The translations under genes were made by a program, and so were the position numbers. The notes beneath the pieces were generated by a model. The model had not been told where the DNA came from. It did no database searches and saw nothing but the letters and a program-made list of their open reading frames with translations. Below, piece after piece: positions 16,162 to 24,294 of a DNA stretch of 26,777 bases; within the stretch, counting starts at the first letter, position 1, and each line of letters starts with the position of its first letter. Source of the DNA: a virus (taxonomy: Duplodnaviria; Caudoviricetes); IMG/VR virus record IMGVR_UViG_3300029825_000757, positions 1-26,777 of that record. The stretch is one strand, 5' to 3'.

Positions 16162-17317
16162 GGTCTTCTGCCGCCTTTCTCAATTCGTAATACATATCAA
16201 CTTCTTCCCACGGAAATAAGCAAGAATTAAAATGCCCATACACAGCTGTATCAGCATAAATCGCTCTATAAAGCTCTAACTTCTCAACGATAGCCGCAGG
16301 CCGTAGGTCGAACAACTTTAATACAATTTTAGAAAGACTCTCATCTGTAAGTGTTGAAGTACCAAAAGAATGTACATTCACCGCTACAGGATTGGCTTTA
16401 CCAATGGCATAAGAAAGAGCGACCTCACATCTACCTGCGAGACCGCTCGAAACGATGTTCTTAGCAATGTATCGTGCCATATATGCACCACTTCGGTCTA
16501 CTTTAGTTGGGTCTTTTCCCGAAAGCGCTCCTCCACCATGAGAAGCTAGACCACCGTAGGTATCTACCATAACTTTTCTACCTGTTAACCCTGTATCAGC
16601 ACTGGGACCGCCCTCGACAAATCGGCCAGAAGGATTTATCAAAATTTCAGTATCTTCATCTATAGGGAAATCTTCGAAACAAGGCCATAGTACCTTAGTG
16701 ATAATATCCTCTCGTAACTGTTCTTGAGTCTTGCTATCAATATGCTGCACTGAGACTACAATAGCCTTCACTCGCACTGGCCGCTCACCTTCATATTCCA
16801 CAGTCACTTGTGCTTTACCATCTGGCAAAATACCCTTAATGAGTTTGCCCTTTCGGCACTGGTCAATGCGCTTTACGATACGATGAGAAAGAACTAAAGG
16901 TAATGGTAGTTTTTCCATCGTTTCACTAGTAGCATAGCCATACATAGTACCTTGATCGCCTGCACCAATGGAACTATATGGATCATACACTCCAGTCCTA
17001 GCTTCAAGTGCCCTGTTTACCCCAGCCGCGATGTCTTTGCTCTGTTGGTGAACAAAAACAGATACCTTGTATAACTTCGGATTGTAGCCAACCTCACGGA
17101 GTACATTTCTCACCACAAACGGAATTTCCACTTTTTCGCTACAGGTGATTTCACCCGCCACGATGATTTTACCCTTTGTCGCCAAAACCTCAGCCGCAAC
17201 ACGTGAAGCCATATCTTTTCTAAGACAAGCATCCAAAATGCTATCAGCAATAAGATCACATAACTTATCTGGGTGACCCATACAAACGCTTTCTGAGGTT
17301 AATAGTCTTTTACCCAT
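16151..17317 (-). CDS. metK: S-adenosylmethionine synthetase
   Basis: TSESVCMGHPDK, GAGDQG, GGPSADTGLTGRK, HGGGALSGKDPTKVDRS, YGHF. Confidence 0.96.
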   Translation of the reverse strand: MGKRLLTSESVCMGHPDKLCDLIADSILDACLRKDMASRVAAEVLATKGKIIVAGEITCSEKVEIPFVVRNVLREVGYNPKLYKVSVFVHQQSKDIAAGVNRALEARTGVYDPYSSIGAGDQGTMYGYATSETMEKLPLPLVLSHRIVKRIDQCRKGKLIKGILPDGKAQVTVEYEGERPVRVKAIVVSVQHIDSKTQEQLREDIITKVLWPCFEDFPIDEDTEILINPSGRFVEGGPSADTGLTGRKVMVDTYGGLASHGGGALSGKDPTKVDRSGAYMARYIAKNIVSSGLAGRCEVALSYAIGKANPVAVNVHSFGTSTLTDESLSKIVLKLFDLRPAAIVEKLELYRAIYADTAVYGHFNSCLFPWEEVDMYYELRKAAEDHAD

Positions 17318-17320
17318 TCC

Positions 17321-17899
17321 TTACCGTCCTTTCCTGCCCGATAACAGGGCTTCCATAATATCATCCTGCGGATTCCCAATAAACGCTGTGGTGCAGTTTT
17401 GCTTTACAATGTCAAAAATTTCGTACCAAATCAAATTAGCTTGCTTTTGAAATGATTGACTCATTTGAACAAATGGGCTAGCAATAGCACCGCCAGTAGT
17501 TGGATGCTTACCCAAAAAACCATACGTACTAATTGCTTCTTCACATTGAATGTAGCGAGTGAATGCCTGAGCATAAGCTTCGACCAAACGAGGATTGACA
17601 AACTTCTCGCAACCACGCTCTTTCAGCCATCGCCATGTTTCACGGTATAACTTATCAGCACCCAGTGGCATACCGTCTTTTTGCAATGCACTAAGGTAGT
17701 CGCTCGGAGGCGGAATATCTTCACCTACCAAATCTGATGCGTCACTTAGTTCGTCTGGTTCAAGTGGCGTTTCAGGTTGAAACTCTGGCATCTCAAGCAC
17801 CTGAGCAGGTTTTCCTTGTGCTATTTTATCTGCAAGCGGTAACGGCTTGTCTCCTGCCCTCACGCGGCGTCCTCCTCGGTTGGTTCCATCCTTGGCCAT
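17321..17899 (-). CDS. terS: Terminase small subunit (P27 family)
   Basis: MAKDGTNRGG.R..AG, HPTTG..IASP.V; located downstream of HNH and the cos region. Confidence 0.88.
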   Translation of the reverse strand: MAKDGTNRGGRRVRAGDKPLPLADKIAQGKPAQVLEMPEFQPETPLEPDELSDASDLVGEDIPPPSDYLSALQKDGMPLGADKLYRETWRWLKERGCEKFVNPRLVEAYAQAFTRYIQCEEAISTYGFLGKHPTTGGAIASPFVQMSQSFQKQANLIWYEIFDIVKQNCTTAFIGNPQDDIMEALLSGRKGR

Positions 17900-17929
17900 A
17901 GCTCCTTACCTCCTTCTCATTGGCTGGGG

Positions 17930-18022
17930 CTTAATCCCCTGTTTGAACTGGCTTTTTTGCACGCGAAGCCCCCCGGCCGGTCCCCGGGGCGAAGGCTGTA
18001 GAGAATCCTACCCCCCTACCCC
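17930..18022. other. Putative cos packaging region
   Basis: GC-rich non-coding segment between HNH and terS (GGGGTAGGGGGGTAGG...GACCGGCCGGGGGGCTTCGCGTGCAAAAAA), the usual cos position in HNH-assisted HK97-like phages. Confidence 0.6.
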
Positions 18023-18376
18023 TTACCCCCAACGACCGCCTTCACGAGCCGTTATCGTGGAGTGGCATGATTTACATAAAGCCATTAGATTGCCCTTATC
18101 ATTGGTTCCGCCTTGGGCTAAAGGCTTAATGTGGTGAACCTCCTCCGCTGGTTTAATTCGACCAAGCTTCTCACACCTCTCACATAAAGGATGGGCAGTG
18201 ATGTAGCGATCCCTTATTCGCTTCCATCTTCTACCGTAGCGTTTGCGCTTCTCTGGGTCCCTGTGGTATTTTTCATAGCGCCTTGTTTCTTGCTTGGCAT
18301 GCTCCACACAAAACCTACCATCTACAAGTTCAGGACAGCCTGGATGAGAGCATGGCCGCTTTGGCTTCCTAGGCAT
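18023..18376 (-). CDS. HNH endonuclease (terminase-associated, HK97 gp74-like)
   Basis: CSHPGC, HPLCERC, VHHIKP...N..NLMALCKSCH; ATG at 18376 behind RBS GGAGGTG. Confidence 0.93.
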   Translation of the reverse strand: MPRKPKRPCSHPGCPELVDGRFCVEHAKQETRRYEKYHRDPEKRKRYGRRWKRIRDRYITAHPLCERCEKLGRIKPAEEVHHIKPLAQGGTNDKGNLMALCKSCHSTITAREGGRWG

Positions 18377-18395
18377 TAGTTCACCTCCATTTTGG

Positions 18396-18433
18396 ACAAA
18401 CAAAAAGCTCCCACAGGTTCCCCCGTGAAAGCT
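18396..18433 (-). terminator. Terminator-like hairpin in the late leader
   Basis: AGCTTTCACGGG-GGAA-CCTGTGGGAGCT (12 bp including G-U pairs) followed by TTTTGTTT. Confidence 0.6.
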
Positions 18434-18455
18434 CATCGTATTTTCTCACACTACT

Positions 18456-18500
18456 ATTATATCGTGGCTTTATGAGTAAATCGTCCACGATATTACTCAT
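18456..18500 (-). promoter_or_regulatory. Putative late promoter with overlapping inverted repeats
   Basis: Perfect TATAAT (18456-18461) without a consensus -35 at normal spacing; palindromes cover the -35 zone; sits directly after the late-regulator gene. Confidence 0.55.
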
Positions 18501-18958
18501 TACTTGCCATACAAAAGCAATGCTAGGTGCTGAAGTGCTCGATTCTTCTTATTGTAGGCTGAAGAACGCTCAATATTAAAGTGGTCACAGATCTCATAAA
18601 CTGCATCAATTTGCTTGTGTTTTTCATTAAGGTAGAATACCTCGAGAACAAATCGTTCGTCCTCAGATAACGCATTCCACGCTGGCTTAAACCATTCCAT
18701 GTATTCTAGAGCTTGACGGTAGCGTTCTTTTAATACATCAATTTCATCAATGGAGCCAACTAGCTTTCTTTCTCCAGCTTTCGGGTCATGAGCAGATGGC
18801 ATACCGTCTAGAACAGGAGTTGCTGGAGAGGCCATCTTTTCGTGAATAGTAGCAATATCTTCATTGGTATGCTCAATAATGTATTGCATACTACTGTAAT
18901 CCTTCAACGCATTAATAGCTGCCTGCTTCTTATCTAGGTATTGCCAAACAATATTCAT
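18500..18958 (-). CDS. Late transcriptional regulator (ArpU/RinA/DUF1492-like, C-terminal sigma-4-like HTH)
   Basis: LSEDERFVLEVFY...ICDHFNIERSSAYNKKNRAL; lies between the helicase and HNH. Confidence 0.75.
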   Translation of the reverse strand: MNIVWQYLDKKQAAINALKDYSSMQYIIEHTNEDIATIHEKMASPATPVLDGMPSAHDPKAGERKLVGSIDEIDVLKERYRQALEYMEWFKPAWNALSEDERFVLEVFYLNEKHKQIDAVYEICDHFNIERSSAYNKKNRALQHLALLLYGK

Positions 18959-20318
18959 GACTTTGAGCCTCCTTCAAGTTTACTTTCACTGCTTCAATCA
19001 GTGCTGACTGAGTTCCATTTTTTCTTTTCAACGCTTCCATAACCTGCTCATCAATAGTATCCTTGGTGATAATGTGGTGAATTACAACAGTCTCCTTTTG
19101 CCCTTGACGCCAGAGCCGAGCATTGGTTTGCTGGTAAAGCTCTAAACTCCATGTGAGCCCAAACCAGACAAGGGTTGATCCTCCAGCTTGCAAGTTTAGA
19201 CCATGACCTGCTGAAGCTGGGTGGATAATGGCAATTGGTATCTTGCCTTCATTCCACCGTTTAATGCTTTCAGCCGAATCCAACCTTTCAGCTGGGAAGC
19301 GTTCTAGGATTCTTTGTAGGTCATGCTTAAACCAGTAGGCTATTAGCACCGGCTTACCATTGGCTGCTTCTATTAAATCTTCTAGTATCTCCAGCTTCCT
19401 GTCATGTACGATGGCTACAGCACCATTCTCATCATAGACAGCACCGTTAGCCATTTGTAGTAACTTCCCACTAAGGGCTGCAGCGTTGACTGCATCAATT
19501 TCTTTCTCCTTTAAGGCCACTACCATCTCCCGTTTCATCGTCTGGTAGTGCTTTTCTTCACTAGCAGACATCCTAACAAGCACTTCATTCATCACAAGTT
19601 CGGGCAATTCCAAGTAGTCAGCACCTTTCATGCTGATCGTGATATCAGAAATCAAACGATAGATTTCTTCCTCTGCACCAGGCTTTGGCTTGTAGGAGAA
19701 AACAATCTGCTGATTACGCTTATCAGGTACAAAGTAGTCCTCTCTAAACCTGCCAATAAAGCGCCCAAGCCTTTGACCCATATCCAAAAGCCGATACTCT
19801 GCCCATAAATCCATTAGTCCATTACTAGAAGGTGTTCCAGTTAGCCCCACAATCCTTTTTACTTTTGGTCTCACTTTCATAAGGCTTCTAAAGCGCTTCG
19901 CCTGATGGGACTTGAAGGAAGAAAGCTCATCAACCACAACCATATCGTAGTCGAAAGGTAGACCACTTTTATTTATAAGCCAGTCCACGTTCTCCCTGTT
20001 AATAAGGTAGACTTGCGCCTTCTGCATCAGTGCTGCTTTCCTCTGGGCTTCATTCCCAATAGCTACACTGTATTTTAAACCTTTCAGGTGATCCCACTTT
20101 TCAATCTCAGCAGGCCATGTATCTCTTGCCACTCGTAAAGGTGCTATCACAAGTACCTTGCGAATTAAAAAGCTATCTAGGGTAAGATCGAAGATAGAGG
20201 AAAGTGTTATAACCGTCTTACCTTAACCTAAGCCCATATCCAACAGGAGTGCAGCAACCGGCTTCTCTAACAAATAATCGATAGCATACTGCTGATATCC
20301 GTGAGGAATGAACTTCAC
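18930..20318 (-). CDS. SNF2-family helicase with an in-frame TAA inside motif I (pseudogene or recoded gene)
   Basis: GTG at 20318 behind GGAGGTG reads MKFIPHGYQ...LDMGLG*GKTV..., in frame with the 406-aa ORF (DELSS, LTGTP, HGLNLQ, QTNARLWRQGQ). TAA is at 20223-20225. Confidence 0.9.
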
Positions 20319-20596
20319 TAGGCATCACCTCCCGAGATCATTGACTCTATCTGCCTTTCATCATTCAAAACATATACTTTAAAGCCAAGGCTTCTTAACA
20401 TCTCGTGGCGCTTTTTCTGTAAAGGTCGAGGCTTTAACCCCGGCGCTTTCACTTCAACAAACGATATTCTCCCACCCGGTAAAAGCAGAAGGCGATCTGG
20501 CATTCCATCGTAACCGGGTGAAACGAATTTTAATGCCAAACCCCCTACCCGTTTTGCCGCCTTGACCAATTTCTGTTCTAGTTGCTTTTCCTGCAT
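20318..20596 (-). CDS. VRR-NUC domain nuclease
   Basis: GMPDRL...FVEVKAPG..PRPLQ (PD-D/ExK); ATG at 20596 behind AAGGAGG. Confidence 0.92.
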   Translation of the reverse strand: MQEKQLEQKLVKAAKRVGGLALKFVSPGYDGMPDRLLLLPGGRISFVEVKAPGLKPRPLQKKRHEMLRSLGFKVYVLNDERQIESMISGGDA

Positions 20597-20615
20597 TTTT
20601 TGCCTCCTTACATCA

Positions 20616-20722
20616 GGGGGGTGACGCTCTGTAAAGGTCATCTATATAACTTTATATATATATACTTATTTTATTAGCCTATAAGAAAAGTCTATATAAC
20701 AAGCATCACCGAGCATCACCTT
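20616..20722. other. Putative replication origin
   Basis: AT-rich core flanked by TCTATATAAC x2 (20641, 20691), AGCATCACC x2 (20702, 20712) and an inverted GGTGACGCTC (20620); directly downstream of the primase. Confidence 0.6.
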
Positions 20723-20729
20723 TCCATCT

Positions 20730-22973
20730 TTAATCAAGAAATTCTGACTTGAGTTTTAGACCTTTTACAATCATGCCTATCTTTCTTTTATGCCTTTCAA
20801 ACCCAGCCGCATCAAGGGCGGCATAAAAATCCGTGGTGCTTCTAGCATACTCGCCTGTTCTGAAGCAGAAAGCCCGATATTCGCTGTATAACTCGCCTGA
20901 TTTCTCCGTCAACGTAGAACCTATTTCACAACATTCCGTGATAAAGTGTGAAAACCAATCGTTATTTTCCTTATATGCAGATATAGCATCCTTCACTTTC
21001 TGGGGAGGCTCGATTTTGTACTCATCGGCGATAACCTTTTCTGCCCCCCTGATGATCCACTTAAGAATGGCCCCGCCAGCGTTCTCGAAAAGGTAATCTC
21101 CATAATTTTTAACATCTTGTTTTCCTTCAATCTTCGCCTCAAAAGGAATCACAATCAGCCTGCGCCACGTTCCCTGATCTATAGCACCTACCTTCGGTAG
21201 ATGGTTGGTGTAAAGTACCAATGTATGGCTTGGAATATAGCTAAAGGGGTCCTTGTATTTTTTCTCTGCATAGATTTCATCGGTAGAACAAAGCTGCTTC
21301 ACATTGGAGGTATTGAGCCGCATACCTTCCTCCATTTCGGCTGCAATTAGAAGCCTTTTCCCTTTAGCTTCAGCCAGTTCTGGTTTGACGTTTCTACGGC
21401 AACCAACCGTCAGCATATCAGCTGAGATATTACCACTGTAGGAGCCAAGCACTCGAGATACAGTATTCCAAAACGTCGATTTCCCGTTCCGGCCTTCACC
21501 GTAGGCAATAATCAAGGCTTCCACATAGACTTTGCCAATGGCCGAAAGCCCCACGATCTTTTGGACATATTCGACAAGTTCTGTATCCCCTAAAAAGAAC
21601 GTATTTAGAGCAGCATTCCATAGATCCGCTCCTTCTTCACTCGGGTCCACCGCAGTCTGCTTGGTGATGAAATGGGAAGAATCGTGCTCTAGCGATCTGC
21701 CTTTCCGCAAATCATAAGTTGCTGATGGGGTGTTTAGCAGAAACTCATCTGTATCAAGCGTTTTTTGTTCAATCTCTAGCATAGGCCTGGCCTCTTTAAG
21801 TGCTGCTGTGATGCACTTAGTGTCCCTGCGCTTTATAGCATATTTCCTATATGCTATCGCGTTTTCATAGAGTTCATAGGAACGGGACTGCCGGCTATCA
21901 AAGGCATTTACAGCCTGTTTCGATCCCTTTGATAGCAACATCTCCAGAGCACCGTTTTGGGACATTTCAGCCATAGCCTTTTCAATTTCTGCCTCAGCTT
22001 CTTGTAGCTGCTTAGCGGTAAGTTCCTGGGCAATAGCTTGCGCTTTTGGCTTGGATTCCTCCCAGAAGCTTCCATTATAGACGAGATAATCTGTGGATGT
22101 AGAGTATCTGAGGACACTACCATATTCCCTTGCCAGAACAACAGCTTGTCCCACATCGGAAAAGTCGGTTGGTTTAAGCTTAGTATCCGAGTTATAGACC
22201 TCAGGTGGGATGTAACCTTCCTGAACTGCAACACGTTTCCCAAACTTCGCAGCACTGTGCCATATAATCTGCAGTTCCGTCTCCTCAAGCGGCGGGTTGC
22301 ATTTTTTGGCATGTTCAATAAAAAGCTCATACACCTCAGCGGTATTCCCATATCGCTTGATGAGCTTCCCAGCATAGCGGGACATTGTGCTATTGCGTTT
22401 CCCCTCGGGGATCTGTTCCTGCTCATCATCCCAATCTTGAAAATCATCTTCGTCCAGAAACTCCATCAAATCCTTATCACCATCAAAAAACTCCACCTCA
22501 ACGTTCTCAGCACCAAAAATGAACCTAGCGCTATCGAGAGCGTTCTGATCAAAGTATGGGAACACCGCAGTAATTTGCCTTTTTAGTTTGGTGTATTCAT
22601 TTTGATCTGTTATCGTCGAAGTCATAAAATAGACATGGAATCTGGGCCTTGGACCCTTCTCCTTTTTTTGCTTCATGTGATTTCTGCTAGAAGCAACCAC
22701 AAAAGGAACACCGGGGAAAGCCAGTGCAACATCATGGAATGTAACCCAATCCTTCGGGTCATCCGAGTGGTCATTATCGCAGTCCAGCACCACATTGTCC
22801 GCTTGGATGAAGTTAGCACTGCTGCGGTAACTATCTCTGTATTTAACCGAAACATGGTCAGCTTTAACGGCTTTGAGCATGGACTTCACATCGCTGATGA
22901 CCGTTTTGTTAGGATATACACAGTTAAGAACATTACCTGCACAGTCGGCTGTGTATAAGGTAAACTGAATCAT
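20730..22973 (-). CDS. P4-family phage/plasmid primase-helicase (primase + PriCT + D5-like SF3 helicase)
   Basis: LDCDND, RFHVYF, EGKRN, CNPPL, YGEGRNGKST, TNHLP, WRR; ATG at 22973 with RBS AAGGAGG and an ATGA overlap. Confidence 0.93.
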   Translation of the reverse strand: MIQFTLYTADCAGNVLNCVYPNKTVISDVKSMLKAVKADHVSVKYRDSYRSSANFIQADNVVLDCDNDHSDDPKDWVTFHDVALAFPGVPFVVASSRNHMKQKKEKGPRPRFHVYFMTSTITDQNEYTKLKRQITAVFPYFDQNALDSARFIFGAENVEVEFFDGDKDLMEFLDEDDFQDWDDEQEQIPEGKRNSTMSRYAGKLIKRYGNTAEVYELFIEHAKKCNPPLEETELQIIWHSAAKFGKRVAVQEGYIPPEVYNSDTKLKPTDFSDVGQAVVLAREYGSVLRYSTSTDYLVYNGSFWEESKPKAQAIAQELTAKQLQEAEAEIEKAMAEMSQNGALEMLLSKGSKQAVNAFDSRQSRSYELYENAIAYRKYAIKRRDTKCITAALKEARPMLEIEQKTLDTDEFLLNTPSATYDLRKGRSLEHDSSHFITKQTAVDPSEEGADLWNAALNTFFLGDTELVEYVQKIVGLSAIGKVYVEALIIAYGEGRNGKSTFWNTVSRVLGSYSGNISADMLTVGCRRNVKPELAEAKGKRLLIAAEMEEGMRLNTSNVKQLCSTDEIYAEKKYKDPFSYIPSHTLVLYTNHLPKVGAIDQGTWRRLIVIPFEAKIEGKQDVKNYGDYLFENAGGAILKWIIRGAEKVIADEYKIEPPQKVKDAISAYKENNDWFSHFITECCEIGSTLTEKSGELYSEYRAFCFRTGEYARSTTDFYAALDAAGFERHKRKIGMIVKGLKLKSEFLD

Positions 22974-23383
22974 TCGCCAACCTCCTTGCACTGTTCCGTG
23001 AAGTAGCGAACTGGCATCCCTCGCCTTTTAGCCTTAGCAATCTCTCGTTCCATTCCAGTCGACACATACCGGCCAAACACCCACAGCTCATCGCATTTCC
23101 CAAGCCAAATGAGCCCTAAGGTTAACCCTAGTTCACGTTCGCTACAGTCAGTATCATCAAGCACCTGTGGATATAGCAGGTGAGGTGCAAAGGGGACCAT
23201 CCCTTGTTCAACCGCAAAGCGCATATAAGCTCTAGCTTTTTTCAAGTTTCCTTCTATGTCACTTGAAAATGGTGAGCAGATAAAGACACAAGGTTTATAC
23301 CTTTTTTCTTCTCGTAACACGTTCTTCAAGGCTTCTGACGCAGTTGGATCTGGATACCCTTCTGCGTTATACTTGTCCACCAC
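22970..23383 (-). CDS. DUF4406-like / nucleoside deoxyribosyltransferase-like fold phage protein
   Basis: VFICSPF, PFAPHL.YPQ.LDD, CDELWVFG..VSTGMEREI. Confidence 0.75.
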   Translation of the reverse strand: MVDKYNAEGYPDPTASEALKNVLREEKRYKPCVFICSPFSSDIEGNLKKARAYMRFAVEQGMVPFAPHLLYPQVLDDTDCSERELGLTLGLIWLGKCDELWVFGRYVSTGMEREIAKAKRRGMPVRYFTEQCKEVGE

Positions 23384-24207
23384 TACATCACCTCTTGCTC
23401 AATTAGTGGTAGTACACCATGAGATTTCAAAAGCTCATAAATGAACAAGCGGCCTTTCTGTGTCCAGTAGGTATGCACCTTGGAGTGCATTGTTCCATCA
23501 AATCCAAGATAGCTATGCGTCTTGGTTACGGTATAGCCATGCTGGGCATATTTTTGATACAGTAGCCAAATTTTACCTTGACGGAACTGAACTCCTAGCT
23601 CATGCAGGTACTCATTAAGCCAGCGGCCTGACTTTCCATAATCTTTAGCAATTGTTGTGATAGATACAGCATCCTTACAATTTAGCACTACATCATAATA
23701 ACTAGCTTTTGGTTTCATCTCTGCTATCTGCTGTTCTTGAATACTAATGGTAGCTTCCAAAGCTGTGTTCTTACTACGCTCGGCTTTTAGTTCCTGTAAC
23801 GCTCTTATCCAAAGATCAGGGTTGGTGAGCAGTTCATCGGCAGCATACAAGCCATGCTTTCTAATGGAAGGTAGAACTTCATGGGTTACCCAGCGCTTGA
23901 ATTTCTTTAGTTTTTGCTCTCTCTCAAAAATGTACCCGTCACTAACTCCTCTTGCTTTTGATGGCTGCATGGCAAATAGCAAAGAATAAAGTCCCGGTTC
24001 ATTTACTATTGCCATTTGTTGAACTCCACCAGGGGTAGTCATTTGCGTATATCCCTTTTCATCATCGTCGAGAGACTGCATAGCACGACTCCTGTTTGTT
24101 TCTCCAAACACATCGCACACATCTTTTGCCACCCACCAGGTCTCGCCATTTCTCTGAACGGTCCGCACTTCTTTACCTTCATAATGAAAAACATTTAATT
24201 CATTCAT
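23383..24207 (-). CDS. Phage antirepressor (BRO-N + KilAC/ANT)
   Basis: WWVAKDVC, VNEPGLYSL, FKRWVTHEVLPSIRKHG, PKASYYD, WTQKGRLFI; ATG at 24207 behind GGAGG. Confidence 0.92.
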   Translation of the reverse strand: MNELNVFHYEGKEVRTVQRNGETWWVAKDVCDVFGETNRSRAMQSLDDDEKGYTQMTTPGGVQQMAIVNEPGLYSLLFAMQPSKARGVSDGYIFEREQKLKKFKRWVTHEVLPSIRKHGLYAADELLTNPDLWIRALQELKAERSKNTALEATISIQEQQIAEMKPKASYYDVVLNCKDAVSITTIAKDYGKSGRWLNEYLHELGVQFRQGKIWLLYQKYAQHGYTVTKTHSYLGFDGTMHSKVHTYWTQKGRLFIYELLKSHGVLPLIEQEVM

Positions 24208-24247
24208 GTTAAACCTCCACATATAGTTGTAGGGCGACAAAAACTTG

Positions 24248-24287
24248 CCCTCAGCTATAAGCGAAAAAAGGAGGGTACTCGAACCCC
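24248..24287 (-). promoter_or_regulatory. Element-specific bipartite motif, copy B
   Basis: 28/40 ungapped identity with 6211-6250. Confidence 0.65.
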
Positions 24288-24294
24288 CCTCAAG

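Noticed and set aside
18930-20150. Helicase start at 20150 as given by the ORF track
   Set aside because: It would lack motif I; in-frame homologous coding sequence with an RBS extends to 20318.
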